Part shown: positions 50,230-60,801 of the stretch, one piece after another
Layout of the letters: each line of letters begins with the position of its first letter
Numbering within the stretch: the first letter of the stretch is position 1
DNA from: Myxococcota bacterium
GTDB taxonomy: Bacteria > Myxococcota_A > Bradymonadia > UBA7976 > UBA1532
Direction of reading: 5' to 3'
Assembly: GCA_036337435.1 (NCBI GenBank)
Contig: JAYZEG010000008.1
Location: forward strand, 14,563-78,562
Length of the DNA: 64,000 bases
Position numbers and translations under genes: made by a program
Notes under the pieces: generated by a model
The model's input: only the letters and a program-made list of their open reading frames with translations
Told to the model about the DNA's origin: nothing
The model's database searches: none

Positions 50230-50612
50230 TTCAACAAACCGTCCGGAACCGTTTGGCTTCACGAGAACGACCTACACAGCTGAGGCTAACAGGAGTACCC
50301 GTGAAGACCCAATGACAATAGCCTTGGGCCTTTTATCTTTGGTTACGGTTCGTCATAACGATGTGACGCCTAGAAACCCGATCGAAATTTCAATTTAGTC
50401 GAGTCGATCCATCGCTTTTTGCCACACGGTCAATTGGACGATATCATCGGACACGCCCCATACGAAAAAACTCTTTTTATGGTAGACGGGCCGAAGAATG
50501 AACGCTGATTTGCGATGGCTGCTACCTGTTGACAAGCCAGCGTCCGTTGACAATGTGGAATGCCTAACCGACTGTTTCAGGCGAGTCTAGGTATCGCTAT
50601 TCGGAGACAAAC

Positions 50613-51188
50613 ATGTGGTTATTCATCCGCTGTTGGAAAGCCCTAATGATCTTGACGATTCTGCCCATTTCCGTCGGTCATGCAAGTGATGGGAACGACA
50701 CAAAGCCATTTCAACAGCTCCTGGAAATCAGTTTCGGCCAGAGTCAGCTATTCATTGAACCCACCCATCGCGACTTGGCGCAAAACAACACTGTAGAGCG
50801 GTTACCCACAACCAGTGCCTTATTTCTGGCAGAATGGCTGTTTTCAGAAAAATTAAGCCTGATGGGTGCTTTCACGCTGCCCCTCACCACGCAACAGATC
50901 CTGATCGATGGAGAGCTCTACCATGAGAAGGCTGCGCCGACAGCTAGTGTGGGTCTTCGCTGGTCGGCAGTGGGATTTGAAGTCCGTAAAGGCACCCGGA
51001 TTGAGATCCAATTAGCCGGCCTCGTCGGGACCTCGATCGGGAGTCAGCTCGGAGATATTGTATTTCCAACACTAGGCAGCCGAGTTGTACTTTTAAGGGT
51101 CGATGGCTTTGGGCTGTATGCAGGTTCAACATGGTCATTCAGGCGAGATACTCTCGCCCTAATTTACGGAATTGGACATCGATTTTAG
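50613..51188 (+). CDS. Small outer-membrane beta-barrel-like protein
   Basis: Signal peptide, ggag RBS, C-terminal YGIGHRF. Confidence 0.7.
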   Translation: MWLFIRCWKALMILTILPISVGHASDGNDTKPFQQLLEISFGQSQLFIEPTHRDLAQNNTVERLPTTSALFLAEWLFSEKLSLMGAFTLPLTTQQILIDGELYHEKAAPTASVGLRWSAVGFEVRKGTRIEIQLAGLVGTSIGSQLGDIVFPTLGSRVVLLRVDGFGLYAGSTWSFRRDTLALIYGIGHRF

Positions 51189-51200
51189 GACACAGAAGGC

Positions 51201-52286
51201 TTACAAGGGATAGGTATCGATGACGGTCCGAAGTCGCTGACTATCAAACATGGCTTCGGGGGTAATGATGCTTTCTTTTGCATTGGGTATTCTGCGTCCA
51301 TAGGCTCGCTTTACGTACAACCGAGTAATTGGATTCCAGGACTTATTGAGGTCTCCAATGGTATTGAGTTTGCCGATGCGAACCCCTGCCCCCCGGAGAT
51401 ATGCCTTGTACACAAGCTCTGAGCAGTACTGTTTTTTATCGCTCCACCGAAAGCGAAAATCGTAACGTCGACCCAGTTGCCTTCTAGCCTGTTTGGCAAC
51501 CGATTTCGCCAGCTTGTCGGTGAGGCCTTTTTTGAGTCGTTTTACGGAAAAATAGTGGTTAAGACCCCGTCTGACAAATGTGTTAAGGGGTGTATATTTG
51601 ACTGGACCGACCGCTTCGATCACGAAGGGGCTACCCCCTTTCATAACCACCATACCCACGTGGGTAATCAGTGACCCAGTGGTCCCTATGACCGTCGCTG
51701 CCACTTTTGTTTTGGATGTTTGAAAAATCAGATCCCCCGTCTTCAACTGAACGTTTCTTTGCTTCAGAATAGACGTCGCCCAATCACTGGGTGGTAAAAT
51801 ATGAATGGCCCTCACCGCATTCTGCCGCACAAACGACGCGACCTCATCTATGGCTGAATCCGTTGCCATGGCGATGCAGCCAGCAGTCCAGTCCCGACTG
51901 ACGTTTAGGGGTCCAAGCCAACGAAAGCCACGGGCCGGACCATGAATACCCACCGCAGTACCAATCCGTCGAGGCACACGAATCGGAATGAAAGTTTTAT
52001 AGCCGGACCTGGACTTTTTCGGTGACCCCAACTTAAAGGTTCCAACGGGGGTTTTACGATCACCCTGTTTCTTTTTGCCAAGACCCTTAGAACCAAATGC
52101 GACTGTATAGTTCTCTACACTCTTGCCCGCCTTACAGAGAAAAAGGTCGCTGGTCTCCCCGCTGACAAGGATAGATGTACCATATCCAGCGCATGGGTCG
52201 GGGTCGGCCTGGGCAAAACCATGACTGGCGAATGGGGCAACACCCATGACCATAATCAACAGAGTCAAAACAGTCCGGTGCTTCAT
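51201..52286 (-). CDS. L,D-transpeptidase (YkuD) fused to a YiiX/YebB permuted papain-like (NlpC/P60) domain
   Basis: GDRKTPVG, GIHG, WTAGCIA; GDLIFQTS, THVGMV, YDFRF.W, QYCSELVYKAY; ggagg RBS before ATG 52286. Confidence 0.88.
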   Translation of the reverse strand: MKHRTVLTLLIMVMGVAPFASHGFAQADPDPCAGYGTSILVSGETSDLFLCKAGKSVENYTVAFGSKGLGKKKQGDRKTPVGTFKLGSPKKSRSGYKTFIPIRVPRRIGTAVGIHGPARGFRWLGPLNVSRDWTAGCIAMATDSAIDEVASFVRQNAVRAIHILPPSDWATSILKQRNVQLKTGDLIFQTSKTKVAATVIGTTGSLITHVGMVVMKGGSPFVIEAVGPVKYTPLNTFVRRGLNHYFSVKRLKKGLTDKLAKSVAKQARRQLGRRYDFRFRWSDKKQYCSELVYKAYLRGAGVRIGKLNTIGDLNKSWNPITRLYVKRAYGRRIPNAKESIITPEAMFDSQRLRTVIDTYPL

Positions 52287-52336
52287 CTCGCTTTCCTCCA
52301 AATCAGTCATCGCAAAAAGGGGTGATTGGGCTAAAG

Positions 52337-52352
52337 AGCATATATCGTGCCA
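52337..52352 (-). promoter_or_regulatory. Sigma54 (-24/-12) promoter
   Basis: Minus strand TGGCACGATATATGCT with GG-N10-GC spacing; AT-rich IHF-like tract upstream. Confidence 0.65.
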
Positions 52353-52609
52353 TCTAAATTAGACCCTGGCTGGCGCGAATAGAAACCACGCAACGCTTTG
52401 AATAATTTCAATCGATTATAAATTGTATCATCGTGTTGTCGCTGTGACCGGCTGTCCGGACACATAATCGTTACAAATTTAGGAATACAAAAGGCTCGTA
52501 TTCAACTCTGAAGGGTGCGGGAGTCAGAGTACCTTATTCCCTAAGACTTGATTAAAAGTAGTGGCCGTGACGTATTCTATCCCAAACAGCCTTATCGGAG
52601 ACCGACTGA

Positions 52610-53578
52610 GTGACAAGACACAACTTTAATTCAGCATTTTTAGCAAGGCTAACCCTCTATTTGGTGGTCGCCGTCCAGATCAGCTGTGCTCGCTCGCTCA
52701 AATTGGCAAAACCAGAATGGTACACAGCGCACTGCAGCACATCGGCGACTCAGCAAGCCCTCACCTTTTGCACAGAGGCCGTTGCCGATACGGAAGAGAC
52801 AGCCATCAAACAGGCCTTTACACAGGCACTTGCCCAGGCAGCATCTCAGCTGGCAACAACAGTGCAGGAAACCGTACAGATAAATTCAGAATGTGTGGAA
52901 ATTGACAAGAATGGCATTGATACGACTCGTTGCGTGGAAGCCGTTCAAATAAAGAGTCAAAGTCGGAGCGCGGAAGTCACGTTTCGAGGCGTAAAACTTG
53001 CCAAGAAACAGCTCTACACACACGGGACCAGATATCATGCATTCATCCAAATCCGAATTCCTCAAGCTGAATGGAACCGCCTCCAAGTAAAGCTACGTGG
53101 TCAGAGTTTGCTCTTGGTGGAATGCGATCTAGACGGTCATTCCCAATGCCCCATCGGTCTCGTTAACTCTGTGAGACACGCATTGCTGGCCTGTGGGGTT
53201 CAACCTGTACAAACGACTGGTCGCATGACCGAAACAGACACGATCGCACTGCAACATTTGGCCAAGGTCAAACAAGCATCTCAGGTTGTCAGAATTAATC
53301 TGAAAAGCCGCATCGCAACTTCACAGGATGGCTTATTTAAAGGCGTCGGTCGTGGTAGCTGGTCAATTGTAGATGCGTTTGACGGTCAGGTGATTGCAGC
53401 CCGGACACTCCCGCCACAAACCCATGTGACCACGCAGAGGCAGACGGCCGTCGGGGGTGCATTCCGGCTCTTGCCAAAACAGCTGACGGCCACTCAATGT
53501 GGCCTGACACAATCCACCGGTTCTCTCTGCTGTGCGCTCAATGGTCCGTCCGAAATCGAAAACCCTCGAAAGCCCTAA
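52610..53578 (+). CDS. Hypothetical lipoprotein with LPP20-like N-terminal region
   Basis: QISC lipobox, KPEW, AIKQAFTQALAQAASQL. Confidence 0.65.
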   Translation: MTRHNFNSAFLARLTLYLVVAVQISCARSLKLAKPEWYTAHCSTSATQQALTFCTEAVADTEETAIKQAFTQALAQAASQLATTVQETVQINSECVEIDKNGIDTTRCVEAVQIKSQSRSAEVTFRGVKLAKKQLYTHGTRYHAFIQIRIPQAEWNRLQVKLRGQSLLLVECDLDGHSQCPIGLVNSVRHALLACGVQPVQTTGRMTETDTIALQHLAKVKQASQVVRINLKSRIATSQDGLFKGVGRGSWSIVDAFDGQVIAARTLPPQTHVTTQRQTAVGGAFRLLPKQLTATQCGLTQSTGSLCCALNGPSEIENPRKP

Positions 53579-54007
53579 AACAACCTTCGACGGCCCACGA
53601 TGAACCCGCCCCCTGCGCCAAGGCAAACAGCCAGAACGTTAGCCAACGACATCTTTGGGAGGCAACCAAAACGACACAGTTTTTCGACCGGGTTGCGAAG
53701 TCATTTCCGAGTTCATCTGACCCCCAGACGAGCCCGTTTTCGGCTTTCGAGGCGCAAGGGCGAATCCGTCTCCATTAAAACGAAAGGCTTCGGTAGACGG
53801 AGACCGCTTAGAAGGAACGCTCGGTCTTATCCAGTTCAGCCACGACCCCAAGGCTGCAATACGCCAGACTGAAGCATTTCAAAAAACATCAAGGTCAAGC
53901 CATTGGATTCGAACCTGCCGATTGAAACGTTCACTGGCTGTCAAGCGATGTTTTGGTCTAGAGTGCCTTAGATAAATGTCTCGCGCAGCCCTGGAGGACC
54001 GCAAACC

Positions 54008-57000
54008 ATGGCAAAGTCAGCCCGTCTTCAGACGGTCCTCGGTCTGATAATTACCCTCGCGGCCTGTTCACAGGAAAATCCGTTGGTAAACCAGTCCCCA
54101 ACCGCGCCCGAGGCGATGGATGCTGCTGATGTCAGCGACATATCAAGACGCGAGACGTTGACTCCACCGGATGTAGGTGATGAAAGGCCTCCTCGTGATG
54201 CGGCGGTAGCCGATGATGCTGAGGCGCATTGTTTAGACGGCGACACACGCCCATGCATGAACCAACCAAATTGCCAAACCGCGGTACAGACATGCACCGA
54301 GGGAGTCTGGGGTGAGTGTATCTACCCGAGGGATACATGTAATGGAATCGATGATGATTGCGACGGTCGATTAGACGAGGCTTTTATCAGTGAGCAAACA
54401 GACTGTGGGGCGGGTGCCTGCGTGGGCATGGGGGAAACGCGATGCGAGGGCGGACTCCTTGTGGACACCTGTCGGTCAACAGCGATCCTTCAAGACTCTG
54501 TCTGCGACGGAATAGACAGTGACTGCGATGGACGACTGGATGAGGGTTTTGTTCCCGAGGAGACGACATGCGGAATGGGCATTTGTCGCGCCATGGGGCG
54601 GCGCACATGCGTAGATGGACGCAGTCAAGACAGCTGTCAAGCCTTGATGGCTGGACAAAATGAGCGGTGCGACGGACTTGACAACGACTGCGATGGATTC
54701 CTCGACGAAGACCTGGGCCAAACTGTGTGTGGGCTCGGTAGCTGCCGTCATCAACAGGCCAATTGCGTCGATGGCACTCCTGTGCAGTGTGATCCTCTCG
54801 AAGGGCGAGCTCCTGAAATCTGCGACGGCATTGATAATGATTGTGATGGGAACATAGACAATGGTCTTGCTCTGTTTAATTTCTATCCAGACCCAGACGA
54901 TGACGGATATTTCGGTCCAGTGCCTGCAGATATCCAGTCTTCGTGCAAAGGATGGTTTGATGTGGGCAGGCGGGCTAATGGCGTCTATCCGATAGACCCA
55001 GATGGTCCGGATGGGCCGCGCCCACACTTTGACGTATATTGTGATATGACGACTGATGGGGGTGGGTGGACTCGCCTGTTCTTCCATGATGTAAGCGGGG
55101 GCTATTTCGAAGGCAACAACGACGCCATGGAAAGCAACGCCGCCGACCCACTGGCTTTGCGCCATTCTATTCTGTTCCGTCTAGACGATTTCAGATCGAG
55201 CGACGGTTTTTTCGACTTGCGAATAAATTGGCCCGACACCAGTGTCGTTGGGCGCAACATCTGGCGCCAAAGTTCAAATCCAACGCAGGCTGCCATCGAG
55301 GGCTACCGCCCAATCTCAATCGATTATGACGACCAAGGCTTTGGCGGTCTCGAATTAGACGAATTTACAGAGGAAACGTTTATCGACGGGTCAGTCGGCA
55401 GCGGCTATTGGTTTTATGCCATCGGAGTGAGAGGGTCCTGGTTCGGTGGCCTCCCAGCGTACGGACCGGCTGTTCGTCGCGTCGCTTTATGGGTCAGACC
55501 CGACGACTCGGTGCTGATGAGACCACTGCCCAGCATTGACGCCTGCGCAGCCCCCCCAGGACACGCGGCTGAGGGTGGTGATTGCAACCCCAATAACCCA
55601 AATGCCGCACCAAACCAGAATGAAGTCTGCGACAATGATGACAACGATTGCGACGGTTTGATTGACGAAGGATTTCCGATTCAGGCTTGGTACCCCGACA
55701 GAGATGGCGATGGCGTCGGAGCAAGTGGCCCAACCAGCTGCGAGAGTTTATTTGCTGACGGCCATCGTCGAAATGGTCTTTATACGATTACGTCGGATGC
55801 TGAGGACGCTGATCCAATCGAGGTAGTATGCGATATGACCGAGGACGGAGGCGGCTGGACCCGACTCTTTTACCATGACGTGGTCGGTGGCTACTTTCGA
55901 TCGGATGAGCAGGCACTTTCGTTCAACAGACTCAGTCCCGCACGTCCGCTCTACTCAATTTTAGACAGGCTCAACCAGTTTAGAACGCCGGATGGACGTT
56001 ATGTGTTCAGGATTAATTGGCCGGAGACAGGCGTGGGATTGAGCAACATTTGGTCACAAACATCGAATCCGACTTCGGGGCCGGTACAGGGGTACACGCC
56101 GTTGGCTGTCAGTCATCGGGACGCCCATTGGGGTGGTCTCGAACTCTCTGGGTCGGGTCATACCTTTTTGGACGGCTCCGTCAATTCGCCTTGGTGGTTC
56201 TACTCGGTTGGGTCAAGGGTTCCTTTCGGAAGTCCAGCCGGTATTCCAACCTATGGGCCGCCGGCACAACGGGTTGCACTGTGGATTAAGCCTGAAAATT
56301 GGGCCAGAGCAGGCACCTCGGTCTCGGCATGCGCAGCCCCACCAGGATTTACTGATGAGGCTGGCGATTGCAATGATTTCAATGCCGCACAAACTCCTGA
56401 GGCAGTCGAAGTCTGTAATGGCATTGATGATGATTGCGATGGCGTGACCGACAATGATTGTCCAGCGGGGGGTGTACGTCTGACAACGGCACCTGGGCAT
56501 AATCATTTTTATGCCCGCTCCCTGGCAACTAACCGTTGCCAGGTAAGACTTGCCGGTCAGCTGACTGGGGCCGCCTCTCAACTCCGGGCAACCATTGAGG
56601 TCGATGGAGAGCCGATCTCTCAACGTGAAATCGAAGACGCCGAGTTTGAATTCAGCTTGCGTATCGATTCAGGGCTGCAGAATTACCGGCTTTCTCTCGC
56701 CTGGAGTGACAATACCAACCAATGGCGACCCATACGGACTATCGAAAACATCGTATGCGGGGATGCCTTCCTCATCGATGGACAATCCAACGCTGTCGCA
56801 CTCGATTACCACAATGAGCGTCTGGGCGACCAGGAAATGAATTCATTTGTGCGAAGCTTTGGAAACGCCGCTGACAACTCGGACATTGCCGCCGATGACA
56901 CCTTTGTCATCGCGAGGGCGGATAATGGCATGGGTGTCGGATCAATCGGCCAATGGGGACTGCGGCTCGCAAACATCATTAGCGAGTCTCAACAGCTCCC

Positions 57001-57778
57001 TGTGCTCATCATTAATGGTGCAGTTGGGGGCACACCAGTACAGGTCCATCTTCGCGACGAGCAAAACCGAGAGAACCTGAACAGCATCTACGGACGGCAG
57101 CTGTGGCGAGCACGCCAAGCGGGTGTTTCTGGACAGATCCGAGCCATCTTTTGGCATCAGGGCGAGAGTAATGGCGGCATGCCTTATGCCAACTACCTCG
57201 ACCACTGGACGCAACTGTATAATGCATGGCTTGAAGATTACCCAGCGGTCGAAGGGATCTATCCATTCCAAGTCAGGGCAGGCTGCGGAAATCCGACGTG
57301 GAATCGCAATGTGCAAATGGACTTACCCAACTTACTTCCCCGCGTGCTCGGAAACATGAGCACGACTGGTGTCTCTGGTCATGATGGTTGCCATTTCTTC
57401 AATCGGACCTACGCTGAGTGGGGCAATCGCATGGCCAGATTGGTTCTCCGAGACCTCTACGGGGTCATACCCAACGGTAATGCAGATGCGCCGAAACCTC
57501 AGGCTGCACAGTGGAGAGACAGGCAAACTTTAGTGCTCGAGTTTGGCGAGACGGGTGGTGGTCTGACTCTTCAAGACGGAGCCGAAGTATACTTTAGCCT
57601 ATCGGACTTGGTGCCCATAGTACGGGCTGAAGTCGACGGAACTGCTCTCATCCTTACAACAGCATTTCCGAGCTCAGCCCAGGCTGTCTCCCTCGTCGAT
57701 ATACCGGGCGACATCCCCTGGCTTGTCAATGATCTCGGCATCGGAGCATTTGCCTTCTACAATTTTCCCATCGACTAA
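54008..57778 (+). CDS. Large lipoprotein: CxGxDxDCDG metal-binding repeats, two fibrinogen-related domains, C-terminal sialate O-acetylesterase-like SGNH domain
   Basis: LAAC lipobox; repeated CDGIDxDCDGxxDE; CDMTxDGGGWT twice; GQSNA, AVGGT, WHQGESN, DGCHF. Confidence 0.9.
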   Translation: MAKSARLQTVLGLIITLAACSQENPLVNQSPTAPEAMDAADVSDISRRETLTPPDVGDERPPRDAAVADDAEAHCLDGDTRPCMNQPNCQTAVQTCTEGVWGECIYPRDTCNGIDDDCDGRLDEAFISEQTDCGAGACVGMGETRCEGGLLVDTCRSTAILQDSVCDGIDSDCDGRLDEGFVPEETTCGMGICRAMGRRTCVDGRSQDSCQALMAGQNERCDGLDNDCDGFLDEDLGQTVCGLGSCRHQQANCVDGTPVQCDPLEGRAPEICDGIDNDCDGNIDNGLALFNFYPDPDDDGYFGPVPADIQSSCKGWFDVGRRANGVYPIDPDGPDGPRPHFDVYCDMTTDGGGWTRLFFHDVSGGYFEGNNDAMESNAADPLALRHSILFRLDDFRSSDGFFDLRINWPDTSVVGRNIWRQSSNPTQAAIEGYRPISIDYDDQGFGGLELDEFTEETFIDGSVGSGYWFYAIGVRGSWFGGLPAYGPAVRRVALWVRPDDSVLMRPLPSIDACAAPPGHAAEGGDCNPNNPNAAPNQNEVCDNDDNDCDGLIDEGFPIQAWYPDRDGDGVGASGPTSCESLFADGHRRNGLYTITSDAEDADPIEVVCDMTEDGGGWTRLFYHDVVGGYFRSDEQALSFNRLSPARPLYSILDRLNQFRTPDGRYVFRINWPETGVGLSNIWSQTSNPTSGPVQGYTPLAVSHRDAHWGGLELSGSGHTFLDGSVNSPWWFYSVGSRVPFGSPAGIPTYGPPAQRVALWIKPENWARAGTSVSACAAPPGFTDEAGDCNDFNAAQTPEAVEVCNGIDDDCDGVTDNDCPAGGVRLTTAPGHNHFYARSLATNRCQVRLAGQLTGAASQLRATIEVDGEPISQREIEDAEFEFSLRIDSGLQNYRLSLAWSDNTNQWRPIRTIENIVCGDAFLIDGQSNAVALDYHNERLGDQEMNSFVRSFGNAADNSDIAADDTFVIARADNGMGVGSIGQWGLRLANIISESQQLPVLIINGAVGGTPVQVHLRDEQNRENLNSIYGRQLWRARQAGVSGQIRAIFWHQGESNGGMPYANYLDHWTQLYNAWLEDYPAVEGIYPFQVRAGCGNPTWNRNVQMDLPNLLPRVLGNMSTTGVSGHDGCHFFNRTYAEWGNRMARLVLRDLYGVIPNGNADAPKPQAAQWRDRQTLVLEFGETGGGLTLQDGAEVYFSLSDLVPIVRAEVDGTALILTTAFPSSAQAVSLVDIPGDIPWLVNDLGIGAFAFYNFPID

Positions 57779-57810
57779 GCCGCTGAGCCAGTCATTACAA
57801 TAAGTCGGGC

Positions 57811-58518
57811 CTAGTTATAGGTTGCCGAAAAGAAAACACCGCCTGACAAGCTCTGCATATCTTGATCACAGCTTCCGATACACTCCGCAGCAATACCCAC
57901 GGGGATAAGAGCATAATTGAATTGCCCACCAACACCCAAACTCCAGCTGGACGAGACAGACCACTCCTTGGCGATGGACGCCGTCGAACAGAAACCATCT
58001 TTACTTCTGTCCTCTACACTTCGATTGCCATCGGACACCTCGAGCACCGCTTTTCCCATGCCCAGACTCGCCGAAAAATAGACATTGGCAGGCATGAGAT
58101 AATACGTCAGACCAATTCCTGCCGCTTGGAGCGAAAAGGTAACCTCGACCGCCTCCGAATCATGTCGTTCACCCCGAGCGTCTTCAATGGTCGGCTCGGA
58201 TGCTTCGAATCCAAAAAAAGTCGCATGAAGGGCCAGATTCGGAATAATGAACCCGCCAACTGCAAATTGTGCAAACCCAGACGCCCCCTTCACACTGAGT
58301 ATGCCGATATGTCCGCCCAGATCTCGTGATGTCTCGGAATACCCAGCGCCTCCATGAAACCGCAGCATGAAGCCTGTGCGGTCGTCCGGCAAAGCCGCCT
58401 CGGCATCAAAACTTGTGAACAAAACAAAAACCATGAAGAAACGAATCGAGCGCAACTCTCTTCTCCCCGCTTTAAGACTGGCCTGGCCCAGGGCTTTAAG
58501 GACACCCGCCGGTATCAT
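57811..58518 (-). CDS. Outer-membrane beta-barrel protein
   Basis: GFMLRF..GAGY, GIGLTYYLMPANVYFS, KEW, terminal SATYN; ATGA overlap with the upstream gene. Confidence 0.75.
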   Translation of the reverse strand: MIPAGVLKALGQASLKAGRRELRSIRFFMVFVLFTSFDAEAALPDDRTGFMLRFHGGAGYSETSRDLGGHIGILSVKGASGFAQFAVGGFIIPNLALHATFFGFEASEPTIEDARGERHDSEAVEVTFSLQAAGIGLTYYLMPANVYFSASLGMGKAVLEVSDGNRSVEDRSKDGFCSTASIAKEWSVSSSWSLGVGGQFNYALIPVGIAAECIGSCDQDMQSLSGGVFFSATYN

Positions 58519-60278
58519 AAGCCATTCGGGCGATTAAGTAACTGCACAGCCGTGCGAATCACCAGCTCTTTGTGACGCGGGTAGACATCGAGAGTAAACT
58601 GTCCGAGCGCAGCCGGTAGAGATTTTGGTCTCACGTTTTTGGAGAGGCCTTTGAATGCGGCGATCCTCTCAACGATCGTCTGCATTGCATTGGAAAACCG
58701 ACCGACATCATAGCTCAACGTGATGAGCCTTGGCGGCCCCTGTTTTTTCTCATCTAGGATCGAATCAAGGCGATGCGAGTGACCTGCCCCGATAGCCAAG
58801 CCTAACTTTGAGGAGGTCAGGTTGACTGCAACCGGCGTCGCAAGCGGCAGTCCCTTCGACACATCAACGGGTCGCGTTTGGCCATCGGCTTTGATCTCTG
58901 CCGACACCAAACCTGGCATGATTGTTTTCACGAGCTCATAAACGGCGTCCATCCGTTGGCCAAAGATCACAGTTGTGCCCTTGGCATCTGCCCCAACCTT
59001 CTGCTCCAGGTTGAGTTGCACGAGTTCCACATAGCCACCGGTGATGGTTTTCAGCACCGGCGGAATCATCGCGATACGCGCTGCCCAGTCCGCCCTCAAA
59101 TCATTAATTTTCTGATTCATGAACACAAAGTCAGAGCATGTGAATGGCTTCATCGTCGACAAGACATCCAAGAGTAAGCGAATTGCCTCACCAAATTTAA
59201 AGCCGATGCCCAATGAGAAGAGCGTGTCTTTTTGTATGTCTATTGGCGGCAAGGGGGTCATCAAGGTTTCGAGCGCATGCACGAATTTTTCGTCGGAATC
59301 GACGAAGATAAAACCGGTAAAACGATTGCCATCATCCAGTCGACTACCAAACTCGATTCGACGAAACGCTCCAGCCAGACGACTGCCTTCGTCTTGGCAC
59401 TGAGTGCTCCGCGCCGCCTGCTTTAAACCGAAAGCGCGCCAGCTGGTCATCAACGCCTCTGGCCCGATTCCCAAATACCCCTTCCAGAGCGCGTCGACGT
59501 CAATGAAACCGAGCCCCATCCCACTCAATTTTCGGTCCTTCATCATCTGTTGAACAGTGCCCTTGCTCTCCAATGAGGGCTGCCTGGGCCCTTCGCCACG
59601 GATGTGGGCCATCACCTGTTCGTGCACAGAGTGTGGATGGGCACTGAAAACCAGATCATCGCCGGTCAACCCCAATACGTGAGACATACGGCTCCCTTTG
59701 TGAATCCAAAGAGTATTGGTATTTGGGGCCACCTGAGATTTAGGTTCGATTCCAGCCCGCCTGAGAACTTGCTTAATAAAACGAACGCCCCGGTCCGGCT
59801 CCGACAATTTTACGCGAACAACCGGACTGAGTCCGATTCCATAGATTGCCAACTTCGGTGACTCCCCGGCCCCCAAGCTACCAAAACCCAGTCCATCCCT
59901 GCTTTTTGAGGCTTCAAGCACAAAAGCCATGGCAAACCGCTCGGCATCGGAAATTGAAGGCACGTCAGTGTCTAGCTGCGCAGCCAATGCAGCGACTTGA
60001 CCGTCGGACAGTGACTTCGCGGTATCGGAAAATTGCCGCAGGATCTCTTTGGGCAGTGGCTCAAAGGAGATGTACAAAAAAGGTGTACTTGCAGGAATGA
60101 CATTCAGAAACGGAGCCGGTGACCTCCCCTTCGCTGACGTCTCCCCGGCTCTCGGTTTCGTTCTTTTCTCATCGTCAGAACAGCCGCTCAAAACGAACCA
60201 GACGAACCAGATGACCCCGATGTACCGTTTATTGATGGACACGTTTAACCTTCCATGGGGTTGCCCGCAAAGGCTCAC
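58515..60278 (-). CDS. Hypothetical lipoprotein
   Basis: LSGC lipobox; IPASTPF and AIYGIGLSPVVR motifs; start uncertain. Confidence 0.75.
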   Translation of the reverse strand: MSLCGQPHGRLNVSINKRYIGVIWFVWFVLSGCSDDEKRTKPRAGETSAKGRSPAPFLNVIPASTPFLYISFEPLPKEILRQFSDTAKSLSDGQVAALAAQLDTDVPSISDAERFAMAFVLEASKSRDGLGFGSLGAGESPKLAIYGIGLSPVVRVKLSEPDRGVRFIKQVLRRAGIEPKSQVAPNTNTLWIHKGSRMSHVLGLTGDDLVFSAHPHSVHEQVMAHIRGEGPRQPSLESKGTVQQMMKDRKLSGMGLGFIDVDALWKGYLGIGPEALMTSWRAFGLKQAARSTQCQDEGSRLAGAFRRIEFGSRLDDGNRFTGFIFVDSDEKFVHALETLMTPLPPIDIQKDTLFSLGIGFKFGEAIRLLLDVLSTMKPFTCSDFVFMNQKINDLRADWAARIAMIPPVLKTITGGYVELVQLNLEQKVGADAKGTTVIFGQRMDAVYELVKTIMPGLVSAEIKADGQTRPVDVSKGLPLATPVAVNLTSSKLGLAIGAGHSHRLDSILDEKKQGPPRLITLSYDVGRFSNAMQTIVERIAAFKGLSKNVRPKSLPAALGQFTLDVYPRHKELVIRTAVQLLNRPNGL

Positions 60279-60801
60279 TTTATGCCCTGTCTTGTGACAT
60301 CAGGCAATGGATTGATTAGAAAAGAAAGTGGTAGCCAGCCCAGGCCTCACATCAACCCTCGGCAAACAGACGGTCTTACGCATCGATAATTTTCCGACCA
60401 CAGGGATCGCTAGCCCCCGTCCTGACACGCCATTGTCAAGGGCTTATGGACCCCAAACACCGCTGTCATTCTGGACGCCTCCGACCTAATCCCACCCAGG
60501 AACAAGCCAAAACAGCCGCTTAAAAAAAGAGACTTGTCGGCCAGGATTCCCCATGACCTTTACGGTTCCAAATACCATTTAACACCCAGCCTAATTGAAC
60601 ACTTGACACGTCAGAAAATTCTCCCCCGAGCCATAGCACCCAGTTTCAGACCTAGGCTCCCACAATGGAAGACCGTATAGAGTGTTCCGAAAACATCCGT
60701 TTAAACCCCAATTAACTCATCAAGATGCCAAAGCACACTCGCCAGTACCGTCGTGTGACAAGTCCCGCGACTAAAAAAGAAAAGGTCTTACAAAATATTT
60801 T

